A stretch of DNA of 64,000 nt from Hemiscyllium ocellatum (taxonomy: Eukaryota), in contig NC_083446.1 of assembly GCF_020745735.1 (NCBI RefSeq), forward strand, positions 20,810,068 to 20,874,067, read 5' to 3'. The notes under the pieces were generated by a model. The model searched no databases. It worked only from the letters and a program-made list of their open reading frames with translations, and was not told the origin of the DNA. Numbering within the stretch: the first letter of the stretch is position 1; each line of letters begins with the position of its first letter. The position numbers and the translations under genes are program-made. Shown here one piece after another: positions 62,459-64,000 of this stretch.

Positions 62459-62560
62459 GCTTATGCCCGAAACGTCGATTTTCCTGATCCTTGGATGCTA
62501 CCTGACCTGCTGCGCTTTTTCAAGCAACACACTTTTCAGCTCTGATCTCCAGCATCTGCA
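62459..62560 (+). repeat. 5'-truncated hammerhead-type terminal repeat fragment
   Basis: gcttatgcccgaaacgtcgattttcctgatccttggatgctacctgacctgctgcgc lacks the CTGATGA core. Confidence 0.7.
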
Positions 62561-64000
62561 TTCGTCACTTACACCTTTTAAATGTTGTCATAGTATCAGT
62601 CTCCATTACTTTATCTCTCAGTAATTCCATGCACACATCACCATGTGCATGAAAAAGTTGTCCCTTCGATCCGTTTGAAACCTTTCCACTTTACCCATAA
62701 ACCTATGCCCTCTAATTTGGACTCCCAATCCCTGGAAAAGACCTGGAATGTTTACCTTACTGCATACACGCCATGTTTACATAAACCTCTGCAGGGTCAC
62801 CTTTCAGTGTCCGATGCTCCGGGGAAAATAACCCAAGCTATTCAGCAACAATCCTGGCAACTTTTTGTCAATATTTTCTGAGTACTTTCAAGTTTCACAA
62901 CATCATTACTGTATTGGGGATACTGGAATTGCAGAAAACTCCATTTGTGGTCTAATGTACGACTCTTGTTCCCTGAGTTCCCCGGTCTTTCTCAACAGTA
63001 AGGTCTGGAGTGAAAAATTTATTTAGGGCCTGAGCAAATATCTTGCAGATCCACATATCAATTGCCTCAGTGATCTTAAAAGGCCGCTATTTTATCTCGA
63101 ATTATACTGTTACTCTTAACATATTTCTACAATCACTTTTGGATTATACTTATCCTTCTCTGTTTAGGCTACTTCTTGTTCCCTTTCTGCATTCCTGATT
63201 TCTACCCAAAGTGTATTCCGACAGCCCCTGTGATACTCAGGGATTCCCTTGATCCAGCTGGCGGTACCTGACATGTGCCCCTTTTCCTTGACCAGACTCT
63301 CAATAGACAGCCAGTGTTTCTGAATGCTGTCAGCATTGACTTGACACAAAACCGAACATGTTGGCGCTGATCGTTCAATTTATCTCACTTTTAAAACATG
63401 CTCACTTGCCAGACTTCCCTTTCCCTGCAAATAGACTCCCCAATCACCTTTTGAATGTTGCTGGCTAAGACTATCAATATTAGTATGGCCCCATTTCATA
63501 ACTTGAAGTTGTGGACCAGGCCTGTCCTTTTCCATCGCTGTTTTCAAACTAATAGAACTGCCGTCACTTTGGGAAAATGCTTTCCCAGTAACACCTCAGG
63601 CCCTTTCCCTACCTTGTTTCCCAAGGACAGGTCAGGTTTTGTCCCATTCTCTTTGCCGGCCATTTATATATTGATTGGGCGTTTTCTGGAATGCACATAC
63701 CAAATTCTTCCCTTGCAAACGCTAAATATTGACAGCCCCAGTCTAGATTTGAAAAGTTTAAAAACCCCGACAGTAACAGACCTATTATTATGATTGACAT
63801 TTGAGATCTCCCGAGATATTTGTTCCTCAGTCTGCCGCGGATTATTCGAGGTTAGTAGGATAATCGTATCAAAGTGATGACCCATTCTAACTTCTCAGTT
63901 CAACGAGAATAGCTTCGCTGGGTGATCCCACCGGCACATCCTCTCTCAGTACTGCTGTGATGATTCATACCATCAAAACCCACCACCACAGCCCTCTCTT

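Larger units (their letters stand above)
59980..63100 (-). mobile_element. Decayed CR1 fragments
   Basis: ORFs WNEIPEEGVDVSTITMFKIHFDKH and LVRPLLQYCVQFWSPCCRED. Confidence 0.75.

Overview
This is eukaryotic DNA from a cartilaginous fish, most likely a shark. The evidence is shark-type IgM constant exons, CR1/HER1-like LINEs with (TTCTATG)n tails, and HE1-like and SacSINE/Deu-like SINEs. The only recognisable host gene is a minus-strand IgM heavy-chain pseudogene, with C-mu1 (~4157-4439) and C-mu2 (1299-1611) both carrying stop codons or frameshifts. I could not find a convincing V, D or J segment in the 60 kb upstream. Much of the rest is nested retroelement debris: many CR1 fragments, SINEs and at least two families of Penelope-like (RT + GIY-YIG) elements. 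The Penelope termini carry minimal hammerhead-ribozyme motifs. One 252-bp fold-back mini-element made of two such termini sits between perfect 12-bp target-site duplications. Between ~14.7 and 40.4 kb lies a scattered set of about 11 tRNA-derived genes and pseudogenes (His, Asp, Arg-TCT and Ile-TAT with introns, Ser, Glu, Asn-like). One is a nearly intact tRNA-Ser body with an Asn (GTT) anticodon and a compensated anticodon stem. Family assignments come from motif recognition and remembered reference sequences, not database searches. Repeat boundaries are approximate unless a TSD is given.
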